A stretch of 24,483 bases of DNA from a virus (Duplodnaviria; Caudoviricetes), in IMG/VR virus record IMGVR_UViG_3300032332_002443, positions 1 through 24,483 of that record; one strand, given 5' to 3'. Below are positions 16,558 to 24,120 of this stretch, piece after piece. The notes below the pieces were generated by a model. It was not told the origin of the DNA. It worked only from the letters and a program-made list of their open reading frames with translations, and did not search any database. Made by a program: the position numbers and the translations under genes. Each line of letters starts with the position of its first letter. The stretch's first letter is position 1.

Positions 16558-17628
16558 ATGGCTGATACTACTATATCTCAATTGACTCAAAGTACGCCTG
16601 CAGGTAGTAGTATTCTTCCGTATAGTACTGGATCTAATACATTAGGTGTTCCTGTATCTGCTATATTTCAAAATACTAATAGAGTAGGAATAGGTACTTC
16701 TACGCCAGGATATCCCCTAGAAGTTGCTGACAACGATTTTCCTTACATTCTCCTCAGAGGAAGTAACAGTAATTCTCTTGCTATATATGGAGGAACAACA
16801 TCAACCGATTACTCTGTAGTTCATTCTGGTATTAATAAAGATTTAAGTATATCCTCCAATGGAGGGGTTCCGCTGGGAGGTTTATATATTAAAGCATCGG
16901 GTAATATAGGTATCGGTACCCTAACGCCTACTACTAAGCTAGATGTAGCTGGTACTGTTAATGCTACAAATATATACAAGGGTGGTGTAGAGGTACCTAT
17001 AGGTCTTAACGGGACACTTCTCTATTCCACTGCTGGTAGCTCTACTTGGACAGTACCTCCATTAATTACTCGAGTAAGAATTACTGCAGTTGGTGGTGGG
17101 GGGGGATCAGGTGGCGCAGCATCTAACGTCACACCGACGGCAGGTAGTCAAACAACAGTTGTATTAGGAGCAACAACCCTCACAGCGGGCGGCGGCGGTA
17201 ATAGTGCAAACAGCAGTAGTGCTGGTGGTGCAGGTGGTACAGCTTCCGGTGGTACATATAATATTAATGGGCAAGATGGTACTGATGGAAATTATAATAA
17301 CGTCGGTAGTGGTTTAACTTTTCCAGTTTTTGGTGGTAGAGCCCCGTTTGCTCTATCTATCAGCGGTGTGGGTGGTAACCGAAGCCCATCTAGTACGCCG
17401 TTGTTTGGCGGTGGAGGTGGCGGTAGCTATAATACTGGCTTTGGTGGTAGTATTGGCGCAGGCGGTAGTGGTGGTGTTTCTACTGCAGTGATAACAACTA
17501 CCCCAGGTTCAACAGCAACTATAACTGTAGGTGCAGGGGGTAATGGTGCTACTTCTGTTAATACTGGAAGCTCAGCGTATATATATGGTCAGGCGGGAGC
17601 TGCAGGCTGTGTTCTTATTGAGTGGTAA
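16558..17628 (+). CDS. tail fibre/receptor-binding paralogue 1 (Gly-rich C-terminal domain)
   Basis: MADTTISQL anchor, (N/R)(V/I)GIGTxxP repeats, TWTVP...VGGGGG...GCVLIEW glycine-rich domain. Confidence 0.75.
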   Translation: MADTTISQLTQSTPAGSSILPYSTGSNTLGVPVSAIFQNTNRVGIGTSTPGYPLEVADNDFPYILLRGSNSNSLAIYGGTTSTDYSVVHSGINKDLSISSNGGVPLGGLYIKASGNIGIGTLTPTTKLDVAGTVNATNIYKGGVEVPIGLNGTLLYSTAGSSTWTVPPLITRVRITAVGGGGGSGGAASNVTPTAGSQTTVVLGATTLTAGGGGNSANSSSAGGAGGTASGGTYNINGQDGTDGNYNNVGSGLTFPVFGGRAPFALSISGVGGNRSPSSTPLFGGGGGGSYNTGFGGSIGAGGSGGVSTAVITTTPGSTATITVGAGGNGATSVNTGSSAYIYGQAGAAGCVLIEW

Positions 17629-17823
17629 TTACCAGTGATGTATAGCGTTTGCTATAATAAAACCACACGTAATAAAATTAACCAAGACAATTAGCGTACG
17701 TATAAATAAGCTAATATTCGCATCTCGTACCTTTAAGGTAGGTACATCAGGCTTACAATCATCGGTTAAGCCAACGCGATGATCTACCGCACGTGACCAA
17801 ATAAGCCAAAGCTTCTTAAGCAT
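17629..17823 (-). CDS. small membrane protein of a type common in T4-like phages
   Basis: LWLIW...IRTLIVLVNFITCGFIIANAIHHW; TAATG overlap with the upstream gene. Confidence 0.65.
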   Translation of the reverse strand: MLKKLWLIWSRAVDHRVGLTDDCKPDVPTLKVRDANISLFIRTLIVLVNFITCGFIIANAIHHW

Positions 17824-17969
17824 TAATATTTCTTACGCTTGGTACCTTTATCAGAACGAGTAGCACGAATACTAGTACCACAATTTTTACGAGCATAAGC
17901 AGCATAACTTTTAGTCACACGATAAGAAGGATTCTGCCTATTAAATGTAGATTTAATTTTGTTTACCAT
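17823..17969 (-). CDS. small basic protein (48 aa) with RSDKGxxR motif
   Basis: Manual translation MVNKIKSTFNRQNPSYRVTKSYAAYARKNCGTSIRATRSDKGTKRKKY. Confidence 0.65.
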   Translation of the reverse strand: MVNKIKSTFNRQNPSYRVTKSYAAYARKNCGTSIRATRSDKGTKRKKY

Positions 17970-18003
17970 ATTAAGAGTATAGCGGACTCTTAATTCTTAT
18001 CAA
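17970..18003 (-). promoter_or_regulatory. sigma70-like promoter overlapped by a 9-bp inverted repeat
   Basis: TTGATA-16-TATACT, 6 nt above ATG 17969; ATTAAGAGT-N7-ACTCTTAAT at 17970-17994. Confidence 0.6.
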
Positions 18004-18151
18004 ATGTTTTTTTTACAAGCAGTTGTTGCTGGCGCTCTAAAACTTTTTGAACATATTGACATTGTAATTGTCCGCCTAATTTAGCAATTATATCTTCGCA
18101 TTCTTTTAGCGAGAGCTGATTAACTTTTTTGCTTTTCTTTTCTTTTGCCAT
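17990..18151 (-). CDS. small hypothetical protein (53 aa)
   Basis: Manual translation MAKEKKSKKVNQLSLKECEDIIAKLGGQLQCQYVQKVLERQQQLLVKKTFDKN; starts 4 nt after the upstream stop. Confidence 0.6.
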   Translation of the reverse strand: MAKEKKSKKVNQLSLKECEDIIAKLGGQLQCQYVQKVLERQQQLLVKKTFDKN

Positions 18152-18155
18152 ATAG

Positions 18156-18857
18156 TTACCTGTACGCGCTATGTCCAGTTAAACTATTAAAACAAATAGT
18201 ATTTTCATTTACATACAAAGGATCCGTATCAACATTTTCAGAATACACAACAACCTCAGTTATACCTGAATAATTAGTTCCACTATATAATATTGTTTTA
18301 TTAAAAAGAGGTGCTTGATTCTCATAATTTTCTCTAAAAACTTTAAATACATTATAATCGCCAATGCCAGGGCCATTTATTTTCCATATTTTTAAAGTAA
18401 AAACAGAATCAGATCGATAGGGATAGTTAATATCAACCCACCCACCATTATAATCATACCCCATATATTTTGGTGTACTAATATCAGTCATAGCTCTAAA
18501 CCCTGCAACAAGGGTACCACCGGTATAAAATCTTGCTCCTTTTTCACCATGACGGAAGTTTATACCAAGCTTCAAGGTTAATACACCGGTATCAATACCA
18601 TTACCCTCAGATAAAGGCATAGCTAATTGACGCGATACTGACATCTCAACATTAGGTGCATACATCCTAAAGCAGGAGGTATCGTCACTAGCCAAATTTG
18701 GATATATGCCTAGAGCGTTATTATAATAAGCTGGTCCCGCAGAATATATACCGCCGGTACCGCTAGCCTCATATGATGTCCAAGCCTGCCACCCTGTACC
18801 GCCATTAGCAGGTACTGCAGAAAGCCCGATACCAGAGGGATCATTAGTCCAAGCCAT
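18156..18857 (-). CDS. hypothetical beta-rich protein, possibly virion-associated
   Basis: 233-aa G/Y/N/T-rich ORF with NGGTGWQAW; TAAATA 7 nt upstream. Confidence 0.65.
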   Translation of the reverse strand: MAWTNDPSGIGLSAVPANGGTGWQAWTSYEASGTGGIYSAGPAYYNNALGIYPNLASDDTSCFRMYAPNVEMSVSRQLAMPLSEGNGIDTGVLTLKLGINFRHGEKGARFYTGGTLVAGFRAMTDISTPKYMGYDYNGGWVDINYPYRSDSVFTLKIWKINGPGIGDYNVFKVFRENYENQAPLFNKTILYSGTNYSGITEVVVYSENVDTDPLYVNENTICFNSLTGHSAYR

Positions 18858-18928
18858 ATATTAATATTTATTGTCAAATGCGATATAATATGGTGTTGCT
18901 TTATTATTAACCTTATCTAAATAAAGGT

Positions 18929-19126
18929 GTGAAAATAATTCTTGAAACTACTATCAGTAAGGACAATAAAGCAGCTGAAACTCTTCGCGTTGGATTAGAG
19001 TTAGATCAAGTAGCTAGTATTGCAAAGACAAGAGGACTAGCTGAAGCTAATAAAGCTATCGATAAGTTTATCGGTAAATACACCGAAGACCTTAAAGAGA
19101 AGCTAGCATCTGTTCTAACTAAATAA
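18929..19126 (+). CDS. hypothetical protein
   Basis: GTG start 5 nt below TAAATA (18918-18923). Confidence 0.65.
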   Translation: MKIILETTISKDNKAAETLRVGLELDQVASIAKTRGLAEANKAIDKFIGKYTEDLKEKLASVLTK

Positions 19127-19172
19127 CTTATCACTATCTAAAGAGTTTGTCTTTAAGCCATAAATAATTAGT

Positions 19173-19934
19173 ATGGCTGATGTAACTATTAATGGATTAA
19201 CTCCTGGAACGCCTGCTGGTAATAATATATTACCCTATAGCACCGGTGCTAATACTCTCAGCGTGTCAGTATCTGCTTTGTTTCATAACGCAGGTAACAT
19301 AGGTATTGGAACAAGCAATCCTGTCACAAGGCTCACTGTTAATGGAGATAGTTTTTTAAATTATACTAACACCTCTGGCTTGCTGCTTAGAAATTTGGCA
19401 TCTGAAAATCGCATTGATTCATACAATTATCCAATTACACAAGGATATCCTTTGGCTGTTCTTGCTTCAACAGTTAGATTTCAAAATGCAAGTAATGAAA
19501 CTATGCGCATTGATGCTGCAGGCAATGTGGGTATAGGTACATCCACACCTCAGGCTAGACTAGATGTAAATGGTAATATGTACAACAACAATCTTCCTAT
19601 GTATGGTATAAGAGCATGGGTAAGATTTTCAGGAGCAAACGATGTAAACGGCAATGTAAGTACAGCAAATACAGATAGGCAAATCATTGCGAGTGGAAAT
19701 ATAACACGTGTTAATAGAACTTCATTAGGAAATTATGATATATACATTACCACAGGATTTGCTAATACAAACTATTCTGTAGTAGCAAACATAGTACATG
19801 CCGTTGGAGCTACTACAGCTGTACATATTGATGCATACTCCTCAACCTCTTCGCTAGTTAAAGCGTGGTGTTCATACCAACCTAATACTATAAGTTATGA
19901 CCCCAGCGGTGTCGATATATGGATAATAGGATAA
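19173..19934 (+). CDS. tail fibre/receptor-binding paralogue 2
   Basis: MADVTI anchor, GN(I/V)GIGT repeats, RAWVRF C-terminal module. Confidence 0.75.
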   Translation: MADVTINGLTPGTPAGNNILPYSTGANTLSVSVSALFHNAGNIGIGTSNPVTRLTVNGDSFLNYTNTSGLLLRNLASENRIDSYNYPITQGYPLAVLASTVRFQNASNETMRIDAAGNVGIGTSTPQARLDVNGNMYNNNLPMYGIRAWVRFSGANDVNGNVSTANTDRQIIASGNITRVNRTSLGNYDIYITTGFANTNYSVVANIVHAVGATTAVHIDAYSSTSSLVKAWCSYQPNTISYDPSGVDIWIIG

Positions 19935-19938
19935 TAAT

Positions 19939-20562
19939 ATGGCTGATACTACAATAACTGGATTAAATGGTCTATCGCCATCCACTAATACCTATGTACC
20001 TATATCTAACGGTACAACTACAGGTAGAGCATTATATAATCCGGTTCCCGTTGGCGGTATTATAATGTGGTCAGGGGCAGTAGCCGATATACCAACTGGT
20101 TGGGCCCTCTGTAACGGGCAAGTAGTTAATGGTAATACTACTCCCAATCTACTCGATAAATTTATCCTAGGTGCAGGCAGTGCATATAACCCGGGTAATA
20201 CCGGCGGATCAAGTACAACTACCCCTGCTGGTACAATAGGTAATACTGCGATTACACCTACCGGTACTGTAGGTGATACTACACTGACAAGTGCTCAAAT
20301 ACCAGCACATAGCCACACCACTGCAATTAAAACATGTGGATCCGAGGCAACTGGATATGGCTTGCAGGCAGGTTCTGGGAGCTTTAGAGACAGGATCTAC
20401 GTAACCGGTGGTAGTACAGATACTAGTTCAACTGGAAGTGGAGGCAGTCATAATCATACATTCACCGGTACCAGTCAAAGTCATAATCATACATTCACCG
20501 GTACCAGTCAAGCCAATCTTCCACCGTACTATGCTTTGGCATATATAATGAGGGTATATTAA
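19939..20562 (+). CDS. tail fibre paralogue 3 with tail-collar domain and HxH needle
   Basis: PVGGIIMWSG...PTGWALCNG...TPNLLDKFILGAG collar; HSH, HNH, HNH; NLPPYYALAYIMR. Confidence 0.8.
   Translation: MADTTITGLNGLSPSTNTYVPISNGTTTGRALYNPVPVGGIIMWSGAVADIPTGWALCNGQVVNGNTTPNLLDKFILGAGSAYNPGNTGGSSTTTPAGTIGNTAITPTGTVGDTTLTSAQIPAHSHTTAIKTCGSEATGYGLQAGSGSFRDRIYVTGGSTDTSSTGSGGSHNHTFTGTSQSHNHTFTGTSQANLPPYYALAYIMRVY
20446..20511 (+). repeat. perfect 33-bp tandem duplication (SHNHTFTGTSQ x2)
   Basis: agtcataatcatacattcaccggtaccagtcaa at 20446-20478 and 20479-20511. Confidence 0.95.
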
Positions 20563-20563
20563 T

Positions 20564-21292
20564 ATGGCCGATGTAACGATTAATGAATTAACAAAAGGTA
20601 CTCCTACAGGTAATAGTATATTACCATATAGTACCGGTTCAAATACACTAGGTGTACCAGTATCAGCTATATTACAAGATGCAGGTAATATAGGTATAGG
20701 AAATAATAGCCCGCAAAGCAAACTACATGTTTATGATGCTTCTAATAGCTTAATAGCTCTTGGAAGAGCTGGAAATCCACAAGCACTTGCAAAATGGGAA
20801 TATAATAGCGGTACTTGTTCTTTTGGAACAAGAGATACAGATAACTTAGAATTAATAACAAACAACGTCTCAAGATTATTCATGAATACAGTAGGTAATG
20901 TAGGTATAGGTACATCATCACCTACAGCTAAGCTAGATGTAAATGGTGATGTTAAGGCTACCAATACACCAAAAGCATGGGTAAATTTTGACGGGATTAA
21001 TGGCAGTACGGTTGGAGGTGAATTTAGGTGTAATATACTTAAAAATTATAATATCAATAAAGTTGTAAGAACTGCTACAGGCAGATACACTGTTTACTTT
21101 ACAACAGCTGCACCAGATGCATACTACGTTACAACTGGTGCTTGTAATTACAATAATGCTAATGATGATAATCTAACCATATTCTCCATCGGCTCACAAT
21201 ATACAAGCTACTGTCAAGTGGTAAGCAGGGGATATGGAACTGCAGCAGGCTACTTCAATCCCAGCTCTATGCAGGTTTTAATTCATTATTAA
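20564..21292 (+). CDS. tail fibre/receptor-binding paralogue 4
   Basis: MADVTI anchor, GN(I/V)GIG repeats, TPKAWVNFDG module. Confidence 0.75.
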   Translation: MADVTINELTKGTPTGNSILPYSTGSNTLGVPVSAILQDAGNIGIGNNSPQSKLHVYDASNSLIALGRAGNPQALAKWEYNSGTCSFGTRDTDNLELITNNVSRLFMNTVGNVGIGTSSPTAKLDVNGDVKATNTPKAWVNFDGINGSTVGGEFRCNILKNYNINKVVRTATGRYTVYFTTAAPDAYYVTTGACNYNNANDDNLTIFSIGSQYTSYCQVVSRGYGTAAGYFNPSSMQVLIHY

Positions 21293-21337
21293 GATCTAGT
21301 ATACTCTAAAGGGACTCTAAAGGGAGTGAGTATACTT

Positions 21338-21377
21338 ACGAGCGCAGCGAATAGGCACGGCTTGGAACATAAATAAT
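21338..21377 (+). repeat. 40-bp intergenic element, copy 1 (ends in TAAATA promoter)
   Basis: acgagcgcagcgaataggcacggcttggaacataaataat; 36/40 identical to 22192-22231. Confidence 0.9.
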
Positions 21378-21382
21378 AGCAT

Positions 21383-22171
21383 ATGGCTGATACTACTATA
21401 TCAGGGTTAACACTAACAACGCCTACCCCTTCATTTCTATTACCTTGTAGTGATGGATCTACAACATATTCATCCTGTATCTCGAGTATGTTTTTAAATA
21501 TGGGTAACAAGTATATTAATGTCTTTGGTAATAGCAATGAATTTAACACCGGCACAGGTCTTGTGCTACGCAATTCATATTCAGGGCATGGATTTACAAG
21601 TATATACTTTGGTAACGATGCCTCTTTTAATGCAGGAGCCGTATGGCAGGGCAGTAGCAATTACACATATTATGCAGGTCCAAGCAGTATGAACATAGGT
21701 ACACTTATTAATTCACCTCTAGGATTAGTAGCGGGTAATAGCGTAAGAATGCTTATAACAAGCGGGGGTAATGTAGGTGTAGGTACAAACACCCCGCAAG
21801 CCAAATTGGATGTAGTCGGAGATGTTAAAGCAACAAATACACCAAAAGCATGGGTAAATTTTGATGGAACTGGCGCCATTGGCACCAATCAAACCATCAG
21901 AAGCTCATACAATGTTGCATCAGTTTATAAGGGCAACACAGGCTCATATAGAATTACATTCACATCTGCACAAACAGATAATAATTATTGTGTAACAGGA
22001 GCATCAGCTCCTGCGTATTCTGCATATTGGACAAGCTTAGCATTACATACTGCTGCACCCACTAATGGGGGAACTGAGTCAGCCCCTACAAATGCATATT
22101 TTGATGTATGTGTGGTGATGCAGACTACCGGCAAGGTAGATTCAAAGTATGTGAGTGTTGTTGTGCTTTAA
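21383..22171 (+). CDS. tail fibre/receptor-binding paralogue 5
   Basis: MADTTI anchor, GNVGVGT repeat, TPKAWVNFDG module. Confidence 0.75.
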   Translation: MADTTISGLTLTTPTPSFLLPCSDGSTTYSSCISSMFLNMGNKYINVFGNSNEFNTGTGLVLRNSYSGHGFTSIYFGNDASFNAGAVWQGSSNYTYYAGPSSMNIGTLINSPLGLVAGNSVRMLITSGGNVGVGTNTPQAKLDVVGDVKATNTPKAWVNFDGTGAIGTNQTIRSSYNVASVYKGNTGSYRITFTSAQTDNNYCVTGASAPAYSAYWTSLALHTAAPTNGGTESAPTNAYFDVCVVMQTTGKVDSKYVSVVVL

Positions 22172-22191
22172 ACAACAACAAGGTTATACAA

Positions 22192-22231
22192 ACGAGCGTA
22201 GCGAATAGGCACGGCACAGAACATAAATAAT
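22192..22231 (+). repeat. 40-bp intergenic element, copy 2
   Basis: acgagcgtagcgaataggcacggcacagaacataaataat. Confidence 0.9.
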
Positions 22232-22235
22232 CAAT

Positions 22236-23264
22236 ATGGCTGATGTAACAATATCAGAGCTTAATAAAGGTATACCCGCTGGTAATGCATTATTACCGTA
22301 TAGTACCGGTTCAAATACATTAGGAGTGCCTGTATCAGCTATATTACAAAATGCAGGTAATATAGGCATAGGAACTAATAACCCGTCTCAAAAACTTGAT
22401 GTTTATGGTGGAGGAGCCTTTACATTTGTTGAGGTCGGTAAAAGCGGTCAAACAGGAAATAGATTTGCATATGTTGATCTTACAGGTGATGATACATATA
22501 CAGATTACGGATTTAGAATTCTTAGAGGGAATACAGGAGCTAATACAGACACTACTTTAATAAACAGAGGATCTGGATTGTTAATTGTTGCTGCTGGACA
22601 AGCTACTGGAGAAACAGGGCAGGTTGTAATTTCCACCGCTAATACAGAACGCATGCGCATTGATTCGAGCGGTAATGTTGGTATAGGTACTTCCTCTCCA
22701 GCCAGACAGCTTACGGTGGATAGTGCAGCAAATCCTGAAATTGGATTGTATACATCTGGAATAGAAAGAGTCAAATTATCTACAGGAGGATCAGCTTTGA
22801 GCCAGCTTGTGATTGATACAGCAGGACAACCGCGCGTTGTCATTAATAGCGTGGGCATGGGCATTAGCACTATATCACCTATAGAGAGATTGACTGTGTC
22901 AGGCAACATCAGTGCTTCTGGAGATGTAAAATCTACAAATACACCTAAAGCGTGGGTGAATTTCAACGGTACAACAGGTGCCACAGTAGGTACTGAGTTT
23001 ATATGTACAATTAGATCAGATTATAATGTCGATAGAGTTGTTCGAACCTCGACTGGTAATTTTAGGGTTTATTTCACTACGGCAATGTCAAATACTAACT
23101 ATACTATTAATACTACAGCAAATACACTGACTTCACCTACATGCTTCTTTATTGGACCGCTCGATGGTGGTATAGCAACCAGTTATTTTGATATACGGGT
23201 AATCAATTTTAATAATAGTCCAGCAAATCCTGTTATTATATCTGCTGTTGTATACAGTTCATAA
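22236..23264 (+). CDS. tail fibre/receptor-binding paralogue 6
   Basis: MADVTI anchor, three GIGT-type repeats, TPKAWVNFNG module. Confidence 0.75.
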   Translation: MADVTISELNKGIPAGNALLPYSTGSNTLGVPVSAILQNAGNIGIGTNNPSQKLDVYGGGAFTFVEVGKSGQTGNRFAYVDLTGDDTYTDYGFRILRGNTGANTDTTLINRGSGLLIVAAGQATGETGQVVISTANTERMRIDSSGNVGIGTSSPARQLTVDSAANPEIGLYTSGIERVKLSTGGSALSQLVIDTAGQPRVVINSVGMGISTISPIERLTVSGNISASGDVKSTNTPKAWVNFNGTTGATVGTEFICTIRSDYNVDRVVRTSTGNFRVYFTTAMSNTNYTINTTANTLTSPTCFFIGPLDGGIATSYFDIRVINFNNSPANPVIISAVVYSS

Positions 23265-23422
23265 TTCAACGCACTTTACCGTAAAGTAATTCCTAATAAG
23301 AGCTATATAAAAATTTAGCAAAAAAAATTATATAAAATTTTCGGCATGCACCTATAGAAAACAACCCCGCTGTCCACGTATGTATAAATTCCCGTACTGG
23401 GGGTTATATCCCCGTGGGGGTT

Positions 23423-23611
23423 TTAGAACCCCACCTCGGTTTTAGAAACAGGTACGCTATCTAGATACCATGGTCTAGAATTAAAGACAACCTCTTGATC
23501 CACATCACCATACCATTTGTGTTCACCTTCTACATAACGATCGATATGTTTCTTTCTACTTAAGAAGTACTCTGCTGCTGTTAAGGTTACTACTTGTGTA
23601 CTATCATTCAT
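23423..23611 (-). CDS. hypothetical protein (62 aa)
   Basis: The track start lies inside the tRNA. ATG 23611 is preceded by AGGAGG and by TTGTCG-16-TACAAT (23624-23651). Confidence 0.6.
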   Translation of the reverse strand: MNDSTQVVTLTAAEYFLSRKKHIDRYVEGEHKWYGDVDQEVVFNSRPWYLDSVPVSKTEVGF

Positions 23612-23659
23612 ACTATACCTCCTATTGTATATGCTATCTATCGTTCGACAATATCTATT

Positions 23660-23732
23660 TGGGCTCGGAGGGACTTGAACCCCCAACCAAAGCATTATGA
23701 GTGCTCTGCTCTGACCATTGAGCTACAAGCCC
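23660..23732 (-). tRNA. tRNA with CAT anticodon, Ile2 (lysidine)-like; CCA not encoded
   Basis: GGGCTTGTAGCTCAATGGTCAGAGCAGAGCACTCATAATGCTTTGGTTGGGGGTTCAAGTCCCTCCGAGCCCA. Full cloverleaf, G1:C72 paired, no GGG/CCC anticodon stem (so not initiator), A73. Confidence 0.9.
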
Positions 23733-23738
23733 AACGTA

Positions 23739-24035
23739 CTAGCTATCTAAACCTTCGTACCGCTTCAATGCCTCATCAATCGATGTGCATGTCCAAGCCG
23801 TAATGCCCCATAACGAACTTCCTGGATAGGTCTCTGCAGGCTCAATCATCACCCCACCCATCAAGTAACCATTATGTCTTCCGATCTTTACGATCTCGTA
23901 ATTGTTCAATGAGCTACCTTCTCTTGTCTGTTGGAAGATGGCCCTCTTACACTCTCTCTTTAATTGTGTATAGGTAAAGCCCTTCTTCTTGAACTGCGTG
24001 GGTATCGTCTTATATTCTACTTCTGTATTCATCAT
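23739..24035 (-). CDS. hypothetical phage protein
   Basis: 98-aa ORF with ETYPGSSLWGITAWT; strong promoter directly upstream. Confidence 0.7.
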   Translation of the reverse strand: MMNTEVEYKTIPTQFKKKGFTYTQLKRECKRAIFQQTREGSSLNNYEIVKIGRHNGYLMGGVMIEPAETYPGSSLWGITAWTCTSIDEALKRYEGLDS

Positions 24036-24042
24036 GTGGTAT

Positions 24043-24071
24043 ATTGTATCGGCTTAATAACGTGCGGTCAA
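24043..24071 (-). promoter_or_regulatory. sigma70-like (early) promoter
   Basis: TTGACC-17 nt-TACAAT, 7 nt upstream of ATG 24035. Confidence 0.75.
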
Positions 24072-24120
24072 TAACAAACTTAATATGGCTACTAGTATGC
24101 CTAGTTCAAGATAGGCCATC

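Noticed and set aside
21338-22231. CRISPR array from the 40-bp repeats
   Set aside because: Only two copies, about 850 bp apart, separated by a full gene.
2635-22310. Frequent ACCGGT/GGTACC palindromes as evidence of no restriction-site avoidance
   Set aside because: Largely explained by Thr-Gly/Gly-Thr codons; it would need a codon-aware statistical test that I cannot run.
20428-22984. Minus-strand ORFs over the fibre array (20428, 20731, 21289, 21670, 22184, 22505)
   Set aside because: Antisense mirrors of Gly/Thr/Asn-rich coding sequence; their mutual similarity just reflects the paralogues.
16558-23264. Diversity-generating retroelement or invertase shufflon acting on the fibre genes
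   Set aside because: No reverse transcriptase, no template/variable repeat pair differing only at adenines, no recombinase, and all cassettes are co-oriented with their own starts. An element elsewhere in the genome cannot be excluded.
23594-23803. Plus-strand 69-aa ORF and the long start of ORF 23423-23695
   Set aside because: Both overlap the tRNA gene; ATG 23611 is the supported start.
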